From positions 5,696,001 to 5,760,000 of the forward strand of contig OZ244744.1 of the NCBI GenBank assembly GCA_965219455.1: a stretch of DNA of 64,000 bases, written 5' to 3'. Positions 19,901-28,889 of this stretch are shown here, piece by piece (positions within the stretch are counted from its first letter, which is position 1; each line of letters opens with the position of its first letter). Origin of the DNA: Candidatus Latescibacterota bacterium. Its GTDB lineage: Bacteria; Latescibacterota; UBA2968; GCA-2709665. Below the pieces are notes generated by a model that saw nothing but the letters and a program-made list of their open reading frames with translations, did no database searches and was not told the DNA's origin. The position numbers and the translations under genes are program-made.

Positions 19901-20139
19901 GCACTAATAACAGTCTGAAAAAGGAAATTCCCCGAAGCGCGGAAGCCATAGAAGCCGCTGAGGCCGTTGTTCGCCAAAGAGATGATCGCTGGCACGCCAG
20001 TCTGGCCGGGCAATATCAGTTCAGCAGCAAATTCACCGGTGGTACCCGTTTCAGGCACGAGAATCGGAAGGACAAGCTCCGCGACCTGAACAACAGGGTA
20101 TGGGAATTCAAGGTATGGGGAGAGATTCGCTTTAACTGA
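13915..20139 (+). CDS. sprA: SprA-like giant outer-membrane beta-barrel (T9SS translocon homologue), about 2070 aa; start uncertain (13825 or 13915)
   Basis: YDGDEDDIVQEIEAG, GLFGIKG, LAWRNVYYLG, AYIDDFEG, RGRLTWYN, IDLGEISE, DSEDLNQNG, FYEYR and EIWLDELR motifs; long amphipathic C-terminal strands ending GEIRFN. Confidence 0.85.
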   Translation: MHTPYISKASRRGLTLPLPTVIACILSTCLLADSDTLRAEPGIQLSFGKTPAHVFHRSPVKLTYSSSTAFQPLFRQRRQFTQTVTRLLNTDTGTLMVYRAAGDVVHGIPAVITLKSLSAYKFDADFGRVAAEKLSVPAQARRGVGSALVDIKIPVKVPKALSVIAGEGDTNIKITGSRRIDLSGVNTTVGGQAQTVRARAAEGFTVNFEQQSQLNVQGTIGDRITLNLQQDSRGQTDISESLQFRYDGDEDDIVQEIEAGRTSLSLPGTRLVGFSSSNRSGLFGIKGRGRLGGLDVTVVTSHDRGASNRKSFQGQAEEIAHRIRDYDYEENLYFFLDHVYRQSFPDEPTRPDLVDIGSVRVFLNDFNDRNDIEERAGRGVAFAFWTAGPIPEPDASVNGEQSGGIEEGFFHELDRSEFLVDARGYLIMTRRNIPRGHTLAVAYRTADGRVFGDLNFIQNPSNPDAKIRLKLIHARQQRPEFSTWDLAWRNVYYLGSRDIEPEGFELEVLRDVAGQEAVDNQRGTPYLRIFALDRHTNGSSESSPPDNLIDIDGGTNLPGLNLRTGHLIFHDLEPFGERGVGAEALSDDARVPEIYNTTNNTTRAQKGQYFLRIRSKSRATTFNLGFGLIENSEEVLLNNRRLTRGRDYNIKYQIGSIELVGEAADLAADPSANLVINYGSKSQFGFGGGQKSLVGLRAEHPFKDNVSMVGISLLYGSESANTQRIRVGDEPARTLIWDMNGRFRFKPQILTDFVNKLPFISTQAPSAFNVDMEIAQSLPNPNTKNVAYIDDFEGAESRKSFSTFKFDWSAGSSPNRNGLQLSMPRGRLTWYNLVDRDRISVYDIQPGRDDIPAESSIVDDVLSIRFEPHRTNGFPETSRNPAGGLPENSWAGVTRCLFGMDFSRSKFIELWIRGNSGRLHIDLGEISERADLLLDHATFNAPPPGQFRTEDRPLPGFPTGDDVAIPEEDIGLDGLTDAQEDSVFRLIFPGVTVPDDPSDDNFKDVDLNQENLRFRYPSGVNGTQNNNPEREQRPDSEDLNQNGILDSRNHYLHYNVDLASDRGWNAMTGDYDGPSMLVVGSQSDPSDRPWRLLRIPLRGNNAPRTVEGNPDTTFAGVFDFARIWIEHDDTTSLDIYTLAVVGSDWLEDETPEGQQSGDFRVATIGTDNQVYELPPGLERETNPQTGRQLLERSLVLRFEDLFPGESLTASRTFTEGQDYTRYGLMTMFVHGGNPTQPTYDANFPAGPDSTSGSFSPVELFVKFSPIGEDTLNFYEYRKPIYRGWSPETNTFKIELDVLSQIKGKLTDLKATGQASDTLRLSLPTDEILADYDREANQIRADVHGAIYTVRGNPALSKIKSFVIGVSNGGEFLLEGENEIWLDELRVDRIRKKNAVSMLLNVQSTLANLGNVTLNLERRSGDFQDLQGRSTGNSTTQISLNGSLNLNKFLPDQWNTAIPMRYNYLRNGSVPRIRQGSDIVLTDQQKSKESAVRASSRFNVSMRKRPATQNPRWIARLFFDRINASLNFLTNSAVSGAITRRRSNNDQNFNGSFSYDVSWPTQQGLKILNWVPRLGSYFQEVQFFYLPSTLRYNLRFDRKSINRRSFSAVEGDTSDVIAVLNETFNLNESFVVKLTPFRSVNANYSLAVNRDLRNSFDFSKLQFGRETTRSQKVGFNFTPRVSKWLSINTDYSSGYRERLETGSQRISIGNERRGLTVGNSSRVGARFSLNLPGLFRPLARPSKGQAGFSVIRLIGRLGGALDAVQVNAFRTRQFNLFGLRRRPALRFQLGLTDTTMSPRYRSGGVTRVNTRNISDNADIKGAVRLPAGFRGSSGLNFNHTRSFGNANKEEQKLEFPNFSAQWRGLGELPVLRWIFTSSNLSFNYKSNRIFRGDGGLGDNVLTNDTRRTEFRPLIRWQARWKNKMSTNFSTNRSRQNDLRYQRNVATDSTVTQPTLEERLIGTTITETSQFTASLRYSLSSKFFSKMQSNLDLTVEYGTNNSLKKEIPRSAEAIEAAEAVVRQRDDRWHASLAGQYQFSSKFTGGTRFRHENRKDKLRDLNNRVWEFKVWGEIRFN

Positions 20140-20196
20140 TATCACAGCTTCGCCGATCGATCTCGACCACGCCCCGCAATGAAAATCGGAGTTTGT

Positions 20197-20583
20197 ATGT
20201 TTTCCTTTAATCGCAAAGAACGGTTTGTGTTGCTGGGTCTGACTGCCGCATTGCTGATCGGCGGCGCAGTCAATCTGATTGAACGGTATGGCGACCGCGA
20301 CCTCCCGGACTTTCACGTTCAAAAAGGCGCGGTACCCGTTCCCGATAGTCCGGGTAAAACGGAAATTGTGGAGCAGCACGCAGGCCCCATCGATCTGAAC
20401 CGGGCCTCAGCCGTACAACTCACGCGCCTGCCGGGCGTCGGCCCCAAGATCGCCCGGCGAATTGTGGACGATCGCAATACCCGTGGGCCGTTTAAATCCG
20501 TGGAAGACTTGACCCGGATAAAGGGGATTGGAAAAAAGACACTGGAAAGACTGAGTTCAAAGATTACGGTGAGCGCTCCATGA
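20197..20583 (+). CDS. comEA: ComEA-family helix-hairpin-helix DNA-binding protein
   Basis: IDLNRAS..QLTRLPGVGPKIARRIV...GPFKSVEDLTRIKGIGKKT, with an N-terminal TM helix. Confidence 0.9.
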   Translation: MFSFNRKERFVLLGLTAALLIGGAVNLIERYGDRDLPDFHVQKGAVPVPDSPGKTEIVEQHAGPIDLNRASAVQLTRLPGVGPKIARRIVDDRNTRGPFKSVEDLTRIKGIGKKTLERLSSKITVSAP

Positions 20584-21536
20584 GCAGGGCAACGGGGATC
20601 CATATCGCTGAAGAAATGCTCCGGCTGACCTGTTTGGAACGAACGCCGGCGGGATACCGCCTCTGCGGCTTATTCGAATCCCGACTGGTATCGCCCATTC
20701 TTCCCCGGTGGCCTATTCAACCTCGGGTTCGGCGATCCCTGAGTGAGAGCCTACAGGAGGGATTTGCCCAGGTGCAGGGCGCGCCGGGTGCCATCGTGCT
20801 GTCTCTCGGAGGTGGTTTCTTCCACCTGCAAAGGACTCCGCTTGAACTGGCGTCGTCCGAAGCCCGGCAGGAACACATCACCTGGGAGGCAACGCAGACC
20901 CTGGTCGACCCCGTCAACAGGTACGTCGTCGATTACGTCGCTGCCGGGCGAACAGCATTCTGGATTGCCATCCGCAAGGAGGTTTTCGAATTCTATTCTG
21001 ATTTGCTGTCGCCCCTTCGCGTGAGACAGTATCGGCTGGAAGCAGAGCCCCTGGGCCTGTTTTACGCCTGTCTGCTGGCGAAAACCGGAGCCGCATTCCG
21101 GGTTGCAGCCATCAGAGTTGGACATCCCTGGCTCCATTTTGTGGCGGCGGCGTCCGGAAATTTGATTTCGGCCGAGGCTGTCTGCCTGGAAAACCCGGGC
21201 ATGGTCAACGGGTTACCTGCGGACCACTCACGCCAATACTCGAACGAAGAAAAAACCGACGCCACAATACGTCGCTGGCTCGATGGAGGCGGCCACTCCA
21301 ACCAACGCAGACCCGACTTCCAACGGGTTCTGTTATGCGGCGAGGATCCCGAGATCGCGACCCTTGTGGAACGTGTCGAAATGCCTAATGGACCAAAACT
21401 CGAAACCCTCGCTCCCTTTTCGAACTGCACGACGGAGACACTTCCGGATTCACAGAAGCGTTTCCTGGTGAGCCCGTCCACGTTCAGCGTGGCTTGTGGG
21501 TTGGCTTATAGGGAACTCGCAAAGGATCAAATATGA
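20580..21536 (+). CDS. Hypothetical protein, degenerate PilM/actin-like fold
   Basis: N-terminal GIHI strand, EHITWEA...YVVDY, VLLCGE and C-terminal FSVACGLAYR resemble the PilM layout. ATGA-coupled to comEA and coaD. Confidence 0.5.
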   Translation: MSRATGIHIAEEMLRLTCLERTPAGYRLCGLFESRLVSPILPRWPIQPRVRRSLSESLQEGFAQVQGAPGAIVLSLGGGFFHLQRTPLELASSEARQEHITWEATQTLVDPVNRYVVDYVAAGRTAFWIAIRKEVFEFYSDLLSPLRVRQYRLEAEPLGLFYACLLAKTGAAFRVAAIRVGHPWLHFVAAASGNLISAEAVCLENPGMVNGLPADHSRQYSNEEKTDATIRRWLDGGGHSNQRRPDFQRVLLCGEDPEIATLVERVEMPNGPKLETLAPFSNCTTETLPDSQKRFLVSPSTFSVACGLAYRELAKDQI

Positions 21537-22009
21537 CCGCGGCGATCTATCCTGGCACCTTCGACCCAGTGACATACGGCCATTTGGACTTGATCGAACG
21601 AACGGCGAAAATCTGCAGCCGGCTGGTCGTCGCCGTGGGTCTGAATCCCGATAAGCATCCGCTGTTTTCACCAGATGAGCGCGTCCGCATGATTCAGGAA
21701 GTCTCATCCCATTGTCCGAATGTCGAAGTCACAAAGTACAGCGGATTGCTCGTTGACTTTGCCAGGAGGACCGGCGTTTTCATCGTTGTACGAAGTCTGC
21801 GTACCACAACTGAATATGAGTTGGAAATCTCAATGGCGGTTGCCAACCGTCAGATGGAACCCCGATTGGAGGTTCTCTTCTTGATGCCCAGTCTTGACTA
21901 TGCGTATCTGAATTCTACCCTTGTTCGAGAAATCGCCCGTTTAGGAGGCGACGTGACCGCTTTCGTACCACCCGCTGTTGAAAATAGACTGAAGGCGAAG
22001 TTCCTGTAA
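21533..22009 (+). CDS. coaD: Phosphopantetheine adenylyltransferase
   Basis: AIYPGTFDPVTYGHLDLIER and LVREIARLGGDV motifs. Confidence 0.96.
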   Translation: MTAAIYPGTFDPVTYGHLDLIERTAKICSRLVVAVGLNPDKHPLFSPDERVRMIQEVSSHCPNVEVTKYSGLLVDFARRTGVFIVVRSLRTTTEYELEISMAVANRQMEPRLEVLFLMPSLDYAYLNSTLVREIARLGGDVTAFVPPAVENRLKAKFL

Positions 22010-22176
22010 CGATTCCATACGACAAGCCGAATACGAACGGCAACCCTGCAACCGACAAATCGATACCCTACCGCTCCGGGCACTCCGGCAGACTAATGGC
22101 TCCTCAGAGACAAGAACCGGGTCCGGCCTGATAAAATCACCCTCCACAGACGGGGCCAGGCGCTCCGAGTACCTGA

Positions 22177-23202
<1,026 letters not shown>

Positions 23203-23251
23203 TCGGACGCTGACAAACCCCGCCGGACCGGGCAAGCGATACCCTTTCTCG

Positions 23252-23267
23252 TGGCATCATCTCTGCA
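23252..23267 (+). promoter_or_regulatory. Candidate sigma54 (-24/-12) promoter 1 upstream of dprA
   Basis: TGGCAT-CATCT-CTGCA, with GG-N10-GC spacing. Confidence 0.5.
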
Positions 23268-23350
23268 ATATCCTTTCGAATCCCATACCGCTTCTGAAAG
23301 CCCCTTTCACCCCGCCGCGTCTTCTGTCCCGGAATACGGTGCTTTTTTTC

Positions 23351-23366
23351 TGGTACTTCTTTTGCA
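23351..23366 (+). promoter_or_regulatory. Candidate sigma54 (-24/-12) promoter 2 upstream of dprA
   Basis: TGGTAC-TTCTT-TTGCA, one mismatch to TGGCAC-N5-TTGCW. Confidence 0.6.
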
Positions 23367-23444
23367 TGCTTTTAAATTGAACCTTTCATACACCACACCC
23401 GGCCCTCGCCGACGGAATTGGCGCACTGGGCCTTTCCGGCTACG

Positions 23445-24566
23445 ATGTCCAAAGATATATTAGACTGGTTGACGCTTCATTCGGTCTCCGGGCTGGGACC
23501 TGTCGCGTTTACCGCATTGATAACTCATTTTTGCAGCCCGGGAGCCGTCTTAGGGGCAACCCGCGCCCGTCTGTGCGCGGTGCCTGGCATTGGTCCCGAA
23601 CTTGCCGGTGCCATCCATACGGCACACGACCCGTCCTGGGCTGAAGAACAGCTGCGACGGGCCGAGGACGCACGAGTTCACCTGCTGACTCTGCAGTGCC
23701 CCGACTATCCAGTTTATCTTCGACAAACCTACGCCCCGCCACCCATCCTGTATGTGCTTGGAAACATCGACGCGTGTGCGCTTCCCACCGTTGCGATCGT
23801 CGGCTCCCGTTCATTCACATCCTACGGGCGAGATATCGCCTATCAGATTTCGGGAGAACTGGTTCGGCGCGGAATTACCGTGGTCAGCGGGCTGGCCACC
23901 GGCATCGATACTCATGCCCACCGGGGAGCGCTTGCCGAACGTGGATACACCGTCGCCGTACTGGGTAGTGGATTGGACAGACCATATCCACCTCAAAACA
24001 AAGACCTGTTCCACGTTATCAGCGAGACCGGCGCCACCCTTTCCGAATTCCCGATGGGCGCATCCGCCGAAGCCCACAACTTTCCTCGTCGCAACAGAAT
24101 TATCAGCGGCCTCAGCCTGGGAGTGGTGGTTATCGAAGCAGGGGATCGCAGTGGCGCACTGATTACCGCCCGGCTGGCGCTGGAACAGAATCGGGAGGTC
24201 TTCGCCATTCCCGGTCCGGTTCATTCGGGCCGAAGCCGAGGCACAAACCGGCTGATCAGACAGGGCGCCGTTCTGGTACAATCGGTCGAGGACATTCTGG
24301 ATGAACTTCGTCCACACCTGACGCAACTCCGTCCACCATATGTCCGCCAGCACCTGGCGGCAGAGCCCGCAGAACTCTCGAAACCGGAACGTCAAGTCTT
24401 TGAGTGCCTGTCGGCCGACGTGCCGTCCCACATCGATGCCATTGCCGACCGTGCGGGTATGCCAACCGCCAGCGCGCTTTCGGTACTGCTAGGTCTGGAA
24501 CTGGCCGGCATTGCGGAGCAGCTACCCGGCAAACGCTTCATTCGGAAGCTGGTTCGAACCGGATAA
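23445..24566 (+). CDS. dprA: DNA-processing protein DprA
   Basis: VAIVGSR, VSGLATGID, NFPRRNRIISGLS and SGALITA motifs; C-terminal winged helix LLGLELAG. Confidence 0.96.
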   Translation: MSKDILDWLTLHSVSGLGPVAFTALITHFCSPGAVLGATRARLCAVPGIGPELAGAIHTAHDPSWAEEQLRRAEDARVHLLTLQCPDYPVYLRQTYAPPPILYVLGNIDACALPTVAIVGSRSFTSYGRDIAYQISGELVRRGITVVSGLATGIDTHAHRGALAERGYTVAVLGSGLDRPYPPQNKDLFHVISETGATLSEFPMGASAEAHNFPRRNRIISGLSLGVVVIEAGDRSGALITARLALEQNREVFAIPGPVHSGRSRGTNRLIRQGAVLVQSVEDILDELRPHLTQLRPPYVRQHLAAEPAELSKPERQVFECLSADVPSHIDAIADRAGMPTASALSVLLGLELAGIAEQLPGKRFIRKLVRTG

Positions 24567-24692
24567 GGCAAGGCGCCAAAAAAAGATACACGACATTGGG
24601 TTGTTTGACCCCGCCGGATGCATCCCGCCGAAGAAACGTCGAGATCCGGGAATAGAATGCGCAACGCGCCGTGAATCGACCGAACCTCAACC

Positions 24693-24719
24693 AAAAACCC
24701 CCTCGAAAATCAAGGGGGG
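24693..24719 (-). terminator. Intrinsic terminator of lexA
   Basis: Minus strand CCCCCTTGA-TTT-TCGAGGGGG followed by TTTTT. Confidence 0.65.
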
Positions 24720-24747
24720 CGGAATCCTCGGACCTTTGCGTATTGCC

Positions 24748-25377
24748 TCAGAATCGACGCATCAGGCCCACAATTTTGCCTGCGATGCGGAACTCGTCCC
24801 GGACCGGATGCACGACGATGGTTTCGAACGCTTCGTTTTCGGGGCTGAGCCGTACCCGCCCTGCCTCCGGAAAATACCGCTTCACGGTCGCCTCCTCCCC
24901 AATTACCGCCACCACAATTTCACCCGGGCTCGCCGTTTCCTGCTGCCGTGCCAGCACATAGTCTCCATCCAGAATGCCCGCATCGCGCATGCTCTCACCC
25001 TTGACCCGAAGAACGAAAACGTCCTCCGACGGCAAAAAAGAACGATCCACAGCCACCGTGCCCTCGACGTTTTCAGTCGCCAGGATAGGCTCCCCGGCAG
25101 CCACCCGCCCAATAACCGGCACCTCTCGGGACTCGGATGCCCCGGGAATGTCGCGTACCAAATAGTCCGTAAGCTCGATCCCTCGGGACACCATGGGACG
25201 TCGCCGGATATAACCCTTTTTCTCGAGGGCGGCCAGGGTGGTTCGCACGCCGTTCGTGGAGGCGATGTTGAAGGCATCCATGGTCTCCCGAATTGTTGGA
25301 GGAGCGCCACCATCTCGGATCGTCCGGGCGATAAAATCGTAAATGTCCCTCTGTCTGTCCGTTAATTTCTGACGCAT
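24748..25377 (-). CDS. lexA: SOS repressor LexA
   Basis: LTDRQ...PPTIRE HTH, VAAG cleavage site, GESM Ser and TVK Lys; GAGGAG RBS. Confidence 0.96.
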   Translation of the reverse strand: MRQKLTDRQRDIYDFIARTIRDGGAPPTIRETMDAFNIASTNGVRTTLAALEKKGYIRRRPMVSRGIELTDYLVRDIPGASESREVPVIGRVAAGEPILATENVEGTVAVDRSFLPSEDVFVLRVKGESMRDAGILDGDYVLARQQETASPGEIVVAVIGEEATVKRYFPEAGRVRLSPENEAFETIVVHPVRDEFRIAGKIVGLMRRF

Positions 25378-25475
25378 CGCGCATCTCCTCAATAACCAAC
25401 GGACTGCTATGGATACATAACGAACCCGTCCTGCTCACTACGGAACAGGCTACAAACGACAGCACTGCTCATTTG

Positions 25476-25504
25476 AATATAGTGAACATTAGTTCATTCG
25501 TCAA
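25476..25504 (-). promoter_or_regulatory. lexA sigma70 promoter with SOS box TGAAC-ATTA-GTTCA (25483-25496) in the spacer
   Basis: TTGACG-17 nt-TATATT on the minus strand; the palindromic GAAC-N4-GTTC lies between -35 and -10. Confidence 0.8.
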
Positions 25505-25705
25505 CACCTGTTTTGTATGGTGCGACACAATGCCCCACTGCAAACGAGTCCTATACGTCATTGAACGCAAACCGGTCAAGAATACCTATTGCAACTCCCT
25601 GCAAAACCTATATTTAGTTAAATCACAAAGTGCTTGACAGGTGTGCCGAGTTACTTATATTTGTCCATTCGGTGTATCGAACCTTTCGGTAAAGGGCGGC
25701 GTCAC

Positions 25706-26674
25706 GTGAAGTCTTTGCGTTATTCAGACTGGTCCCTGTTCGGATGGCACGGGCTCAACCTCCGGGTGCCTTTGGAGTGGAATCCCGGCAAGATAACCGG
25801 CGACTACAAAGCCGGCAGCGTCCGCCTGGACGATCCCACGTTAGCCAGGCTGGAGATCGAGTGGAAAGATGCCCGTGGCGACAAGAGAGTCGCACCGATT
25901 GTGGATCGCTATGTTGATGGACTCGCCCAAAGCGCCCACAAGGAAAAGAAAATCCTCGACGTCGAACGCAATACCGACGCGAGCTGGCTTGAACTGCCGG
26001 ATGCCTGTTCGCCAGTCTTTTTCGGCTGGCAAGCCGAGTACCGAATCCACGCACTGGCGTTCTACAGCATGTCGTCCGACCGACTCTTTTTCGTCAAAAT
26101 CAGGACGAAACTGGACGAGGACGCCGGGGTCAATATCAAGCGAATTCTGAATTCTATTCGGGATACCGCACCCGACAATGACCGGACGTGGGCGCTATAC
26201 GATCTCGTGTGTTCATCGCCCCCTCAGTTCTCTCTGGAAACCTACGACCTCAAATCCGGTCACCTTCGGCTCTGTTTTCAGCACGGACAGACTATTCTTC
26301 AGGTCGACCGGCTCAGCCTTGCCGAAGTGCTCCTAAAGAAGCGCACCCTACTGGACTGGTACCAGGAATTCTTCCGTAAGAACCTGCGTCAAGTCAATCT
26401 GGACTCCCAGGAGACCAGCGTCGGGGACCACTGTGGTCTGACCGTCCGCGGAAAACCCAAGAGCCGCTGGCGGGGGCTGCTGATGCCTCTGCCGTTCTGG
26501 AATGCCAGACCGCGTTTGAATATGGAAGCCCGCGTCTGGACCTGTAACCACGTCAACAAGATTTACGCAGTTCACACATACTACAAAAAGCAGAAGGATG
26601 CGCCGGACATTGAAAATGCCCGGCGCGCCGTTGTCTGCCACCGGGAATCCGTCCCGGATGGTGGAAAAGCCTGA
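25706..26674 (+). CDS. Hypothetical protein with apparent internal two-domain repeat
   Basis: Long ORF with a GTG start downstream of TTGACA-16-TATATT (25634-25661). The halves resemble each other (FGWHGLNLRVPLEW...KAGSVRL vs WALYDLVCSSPPQF...KSGHLRL). Confidence 0.7.
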   Translation: MKSLRYSDWSLFGWHGLNLRVPLEWNPGKITGDYKAGSVRLDDPTLARLEIEWKDARGDKRVAPIVDRYVDGLAQSAHKEKKILDVERNTDASWLELPDACSPVFFGWQAEYRIHALAFYSMSSDRLFFVKIRTKLDEDAGVNIKRILNSIRDTAPDNDRTWALYDLVCSSPPQFSLETYDLKSGHLRLCFQHGQTILQVDRLSLAEVLLKKRTLLDWYQEFFRKNLRQVNLDSQETSVGDHCGLTVRGKPKSRWRGLLMPLPFWNARPRLNMEARVWTCNHVNKIYAVHTYYKKQKDAPDIENARRAVVCHRESVPDGGKA

Positions 26675-26713
26675 CGTCCGGCCCGCCCGTATCCCTGAAC
26701 CGCAGGAAGCCAA

Positions 26714-27139
26714 ATGTCCTTGTTTTCCTTAAAAAGACAACCCAAGATCAGCCGAGAGGCGATGTTCAACTCCAAACCGACGCGGAACAGCCAGTTGGAA
26801 TGGAAAACGAACAAAGACGACGAAGTGACCATTTCACTGAAACGCGCAGATACCACCAAAGTGAAGATCCTTTCCAAAATCTTCTGGGTGCCCGAGAAAC
26901 GAACGCTGGTACTGGATGAAATCGGCTCTCAGGTCTGGGAGATGTGCGACGGGCGCACGACGGTGGGCGCAATGATAAAACGTCTGTGCGAAACCCACAA
27001 GCTCAACGCAAAGGAAGCTGAAATTTCTCTTTTGAGCTACCTGAGAACACTGGGACGCAAAAATCTGCTCGGGTTTCTGGTGGAGAAAAGCGATCTTCGG
27101 AAAAAGAAGAGACGCGCAAGCGGAAAGGCCTGGAAATAG
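26714..27139 (+). CDS. PqqD-family (RRE-like) protein
   Basis: LVLDEIGSQVWEMCDGRTTVGAMIKRL...LLSYLRTLGRKNLL matches the PqqD winged-helix pattern. Confidence 0.8.
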   Translation: MSLFSLKRQPKISREAMFNSKPTRNSQLEWKTNKDDEVTISLKRADTTKVKILSKIFWVPEKRTLVLDEIGSQVWEMCDGRTTVGAMIKRLCETHKLNAKEAEISLLSYLRTLGRKNLLGFLVEKSDLRKKKRRASGKAWK

Positions 27140-27162
27140 ATATGAATTCGCCGTCCCAACCG

Positions 27163-27199
27163 AAGAAGGCCCCGCGATGCAACACCGCGGGGCCTTCTT
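27163..27199. terminator. Bidirectional intrinsic terminator
   Basis: 14-bp inverted repeat AAGAAGGCCCCGCG/CGCGGGGCCTTCTT between the convergent PqqD-like gene and nuoN. Confidence 0.8.
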
Positions 27200-27285
27200 A
27201 ATGTCTACCCTGAAACAACCTTTCCGTATCGAGTCTCACGCAATCTGGCGCATCTTGGTACCTTCCGCCAGATCCTTACTTGCGT

Positions 27286-28815
27286 TTACCGCATCAATGC
27301 CCGAACTGCTCCATTTTCGTTTAAAAAGATCGCGGTAGACGTTTCGGCCAAATCGGCCAGCGGTGCCCAATAGACGCCAAACAGCACCGTGCCGGCAAAC
27401 AACACCGCCAGGGTGGCTGTGGCGAACCGGGAAATAACGACCGGTGTATCCGAAAGGGGCTTCTCCAGGTACATAGCGCGCACGACCCTTGCATAATAAT
27501 ACAAAGAAACAGCGCTGTTTAACGCACCCACCACCGCCAGCCAGTATAACCCACCATCTACCACGGCGGCAAACAGATACACCTTTCCTATAAACCCTGC
27601 TGTCGGCGGCAATCCCGTGAGCGAAAAGAGAAACGCAGACATCGCCAGCGCGATCCATGGCGACCGCCAACCCAGCCCCCTGTAATCCTCAATGTCCTCA
27701 CTGCCGATACTTTCGGCCAACAGCAACACAACCAGAAATGCACCCAGATTCATAAAAAGATACGCGCCAGTATAAAACATCACTGCTTTCAATCCCGCAG
27801 ACGACAACATCACCACGCCCATCATCATATATCCCGCGTGGGCAATGCTGGAGTACGCCAGCAGTCTCTTCAGGTTGCGCTGCCAGATGGCCGTCAGATT
27901 GCCCAGCGTCATCGTAAAGGCCGAAATGAGGGCAAGCAACTGCGGCCATGCCACACCCAGCGTGGTACCCGTACCCGAAGTGCCATCGTAGGCGGATAAG
28001 CCCACATAGAAGAACCGCGCCAGCATGGCGAAACCGACCGCCTTGGGTGCGACCGATAAGAACGCCGTCACGGGTGTAGGCGCACCCTCGTAGACGTCAG
28101 GACACCAGAAATGAAATGGAACCGAAGCCACCTTGTAGCCAAAGCCTGCCATCGCGAGCGTCGCACCAAGAAACAACGTCATTTCGTACGGCGCGGTGGT
28201 CCCCAGGCGGGCCGCAATCCCGTAGATGTCCAGCGTCCCCGTCAATCCGTAGATCAAGGAAAATCCATACAGCATGATGCCGGAAGACACCCCGCCGTAT
28301 ACCACGTATTTCAGCGCAGCCTCGTTGGATCGCCGGACCCGTTTTTGATAGCCCGCAAGCACAAAGGACGGCAGGCTGACCAACTCGAGCGCAAGGTACA
28401 TCATCAACAAATTCGTCGCGCCCGCCATCAAAAAGCCGCCCAATGCGACCGAAAGAAAGAGCGCGTAGAATTCACCGATGCGGTCCGCGTCGATGTCCCG
28501 CGACTGCAAACCGAACAGGGTGACCACGAGGGTTGCGATCACAATCAGAAGTTTGAAGAACAGGGCAAAACCATCCAAGGCGATCATGCCCATGAACAAC
28601 GACCTGGGCGGCTCATCGTACAATCCGGCGATCGAAAACAGGCATGCCACAAGCACCAGAAGCGAGATGCCCGTCAACAATGCCTTCTTCTTTCCGGTCA
28701 GGATCAAATCGACGGTCACAATACCTAAAATTGCAGCCGTGATGATGATCTCCGGCCAGATGTATTGCAGCCCGTCCAGATTCACTGCGACCGCGTTTTT
28801 AATGGCCTCGGCCAA
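27286..28815 (-). CDS. nuoN: NADH-quinone oxidoreductase subunit N
   Basis: SNEAALKY, KVASVPFHFWCPDVYEGAPTP and KRLLAYSSIAHAGY motifs. Confidence 0.95.
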   Translation of the reverse strand: MAEAIKNAVAVNLDGLQYIWPEIIITAAILGIVTVDLILTGKKKALLTGISLLVLVACLFSIAGLYDEPPRSLFMGMIALDGFALFFKLLIVIATLVVTLFGLQSRDIDADRIGEFYALFLSVALGGFLMAGATNLLMMYLALELVSLPSFVLAGYQKRVRRSNEAALKYVVYGGVSSGIMLYGFSLIYGLTGTLDIYGIAARLGTTAPYEMTLFLGATLAMAGFGYKVASVPFHFWCPDVYEGAPTPVTAFLSVAPKAVGFAMLARFFYVGLSAYDGTSGTGTTLGVAWPQLLALISAFTMTLGNLTAIWQRNLKRLLAYSSIAHAGYMMMGVVMLSSAGLKAVMFYTGAYLFMNLGAFLVVLLLAESIGSEDIEDYRGLGWRSPWIALAMSAFLFSLTGLPPTAGFIGKVYLFAAVVDGGLYWLAVVGALNSAVSLYYYARVVRAMYLEKPLSDTPVVISRFATATLAVLFAGTVLFGVYWAPLADLAETSTAIFLNENGAVRALMR

Positions 28816-28889
28816 AATGTCGTTCCTTCCATCCGTGATGGGCTCGAATCGCGTTGAAGCCCGGCAGAATCGGACTGTCTATCTCGCGT

